From NCBI RefSeq assembly GCF_009914755.1, contig NC_060930.1: 64,000 nucleotides of DNA, one strand, 5' to 3'. Position 1 is the first letter of the stretch. Each line of letters begins with the position of its first letter. Shown piece after piece: positions 62,094 through 64,000 of this stretch. Under the pieces are notes generated by a model. That model worked only from the letters and a program-made list of their open reading frames with translations, made no database searches and was not told the origin of the DNA. The stretch is from the human T2T-CHM13v2.0 reference genome, Homo sapiens. Position numbers and translations under genes: made by a program.

Positions 62094-63106
62094 TCTTTTA
62101 CTTCTTTTGTTAAAAAAAAAAAAATTTAAGGCCTGCCCATTGTCAGTCTGATAAAATACAAATGCAATTCTTTTCTTTATCTTCTTATTGTATTACTCTT
62201 TAATAGGTAAAACTGGGAGAGAACAATGCTATTAATTCCATTTAGTTTATTGTTTATTTGCTTATTCTGCTTTTTTATTCGGAAGAAAAATTTAAGAATA
62301 TATTTTTTTTCCATTTTCAAAATTGTCACAAAGTCTTAAAAACAAAGCAGATACTGTGTTTTATACCTCAAATGAAAATTCAGAGAAATAGAAACATACC
62401 ATGTAGCAAGTAAGCAATTGAATTCCTTCTTAAACTTTATTGTAAAAAACAAACAAAAGGAAACATCCATGCATTCAAATATATATTAGCAACTTCTCTG
62501 ATTTACTTGACAGGAGAAAGAGGCTGGGATTTGCCAATAGCCCACATACTCTGTGTGGACTTGGTTGACAGTGCTCTCCCCCTCCTTAGCTGTACCTGCA
62601 CACTACACAGCAATAAGTCATCAAATGTGCTTAAGGGGAGCAGGAAAATTTACTGCTACCCAGTGTTTGGTAGCATAAAAACACAGTTACCACATCCATT
62701 ATTCATGGTATTGGGTCAAATGTGTGAGCCCACACACCGCAGTGTGAAATGGCAAGGGATTCTACCCTTAACTCTTTCCTATCTTTCTAAGTGATCTCAT
62801 CTACCCTGTGGCTTTGCTACCTTATCCTGATAATTGTCAAACCTTTGTGGAGAGATGGTTGACTGCTTATGACTCTGGCAGCCCTCTTTAGTTTGACTGA
62901 TAAGGAGCCGACAGAGTGTCAACATCACCCAAGATTCCCACGTGCTGTTAGCATGAGTAGGCAACGTCCCTGGGCAGATGGCATCCAAGCTAGACTCATC
63001 TTCCTTCAAGTGCACGACTGCTCTCATTCTCACCATTGGTAAAAGATTGTTTTGAGTAGCAGGGGTCAGCTCATAATGGCTCCAGTTGGGTCCTACCCAA
63101 GCATAG

Positions 63107-63480
63107 TGTATTAGTCTGCTCTCACACTGCTATAAAGACCTGCCCCTGGTCTGGGTAATTTATAAAGGAAAGAGATTTAATTGACTCACAGTTTCATGTG
63201 GCTGGGGAGGCCTCAGGAAACTTACAATCATGGCAGAAGGGGAAGCAAACATGTCCTTCTTCACATGGTGGCAGGAGAGAGAAGCGCCAGCAAGGAAAAG
63301 CCAGACACTTATAAAACCATCAGATCTCATGAGAACTCACTCACTATCATGAGGACAGCATGGGAGAAACTGCCCCCATGATTCAATTACTTCCCACCAG
63401 GTTCCTCCCATGACACCTGAGGATAATGGGGATTACAATTCAAGATGAGATTTAGGTGGGGACACAGCCAAACCATATTA
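63107..63480 (-). mobile_element. MST/THE1-type solo LTR
   Basis: TGTATTAGTC...AAACCATATTA; 5-bp TSD CATAG. Confidence 0.88.
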
Positions 63481-64000
63481 CATAGCATGGGATAATCAGA
63501 GACTACATGAGCATCATCCATAACCTACTGTCTACTTGACCTCTCTTCTTGAATGGCCCACAGGTTCCTCAAACTCAGTATTCTGTTTTGCCTCCTATAG
63601 GCCTTCTTCATTCTGCCAGTTATCTAGAGGCAAAAACATCAGAATCACTTTCATTTGCATCATCTCTGTTCATAGCCAAGTGAAATTAAAGAATTATTGC
63701 CAATACTAAAAAAAATTAATATCTGTGGACTACTACACGGCTGATGTCATCTAAAATGCACACCAGATACCTGAGATGTAAAGACGACTATAATTTCCTG
63801 TCTGGATTTTTCTAATTGGCCCAAAAAGGAAGTGGTTTATACATCAGAGAATTGTGTTTTGATTCACACTTAAATTTACATAGTCCTTAATGTTAATGGT
63901 TGCTCCTTTAATAAATGTCTGTTGCACAGAACTGATATTAATTAATTTTGGTCCTACCTTGCATACATATTTCTTACACAGTTGTAAAGTACCTGGGACC

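Overview
Human/primate genomic DNA containing the whole STX11 (syntaxin-11; FHL4 disease gene) locus on the + strand. It has a CpG-island promoter and non-coding exon 1 (~15164-15350), a ~35.9 kb intron, and one terminal exon (from 51250) holding the entire 287-aa CDS (51255-52118) plus a ~4.4 kb 3'UTR with several poly(A) signals. The rest is mostly transposon-derived: many Alus, L1/L2/MIR fragments, THE1/MST solo LTRs with TSDs, a near full-length Tigger4/Zombi-type DNA transposon, and an old LTR-int-LTR MLT1-type MaLR. The most notable inference is a candidate upstream exon pair (~4600-4800 and 5268-5456). Its strong-Kozak ATG at 5384 splices in frame onto the coding exon and would give a 313-aa STX11 with a 26-aa acidic extension ahead of the Munc18-binding N-peptide, while a competing donor at 5371 would exclude it. 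Other observations include an overlapping uORF at the start of exon 1, ISRE/kB/ETS-RUNX motif clusters, back-to-back THE1 LTRs near the coding exon, an APA/inverted-Alu 3'UTR layout and several short local duplications. Repeat subfamily names are by eye, and coordinates of old repeats are approximate.
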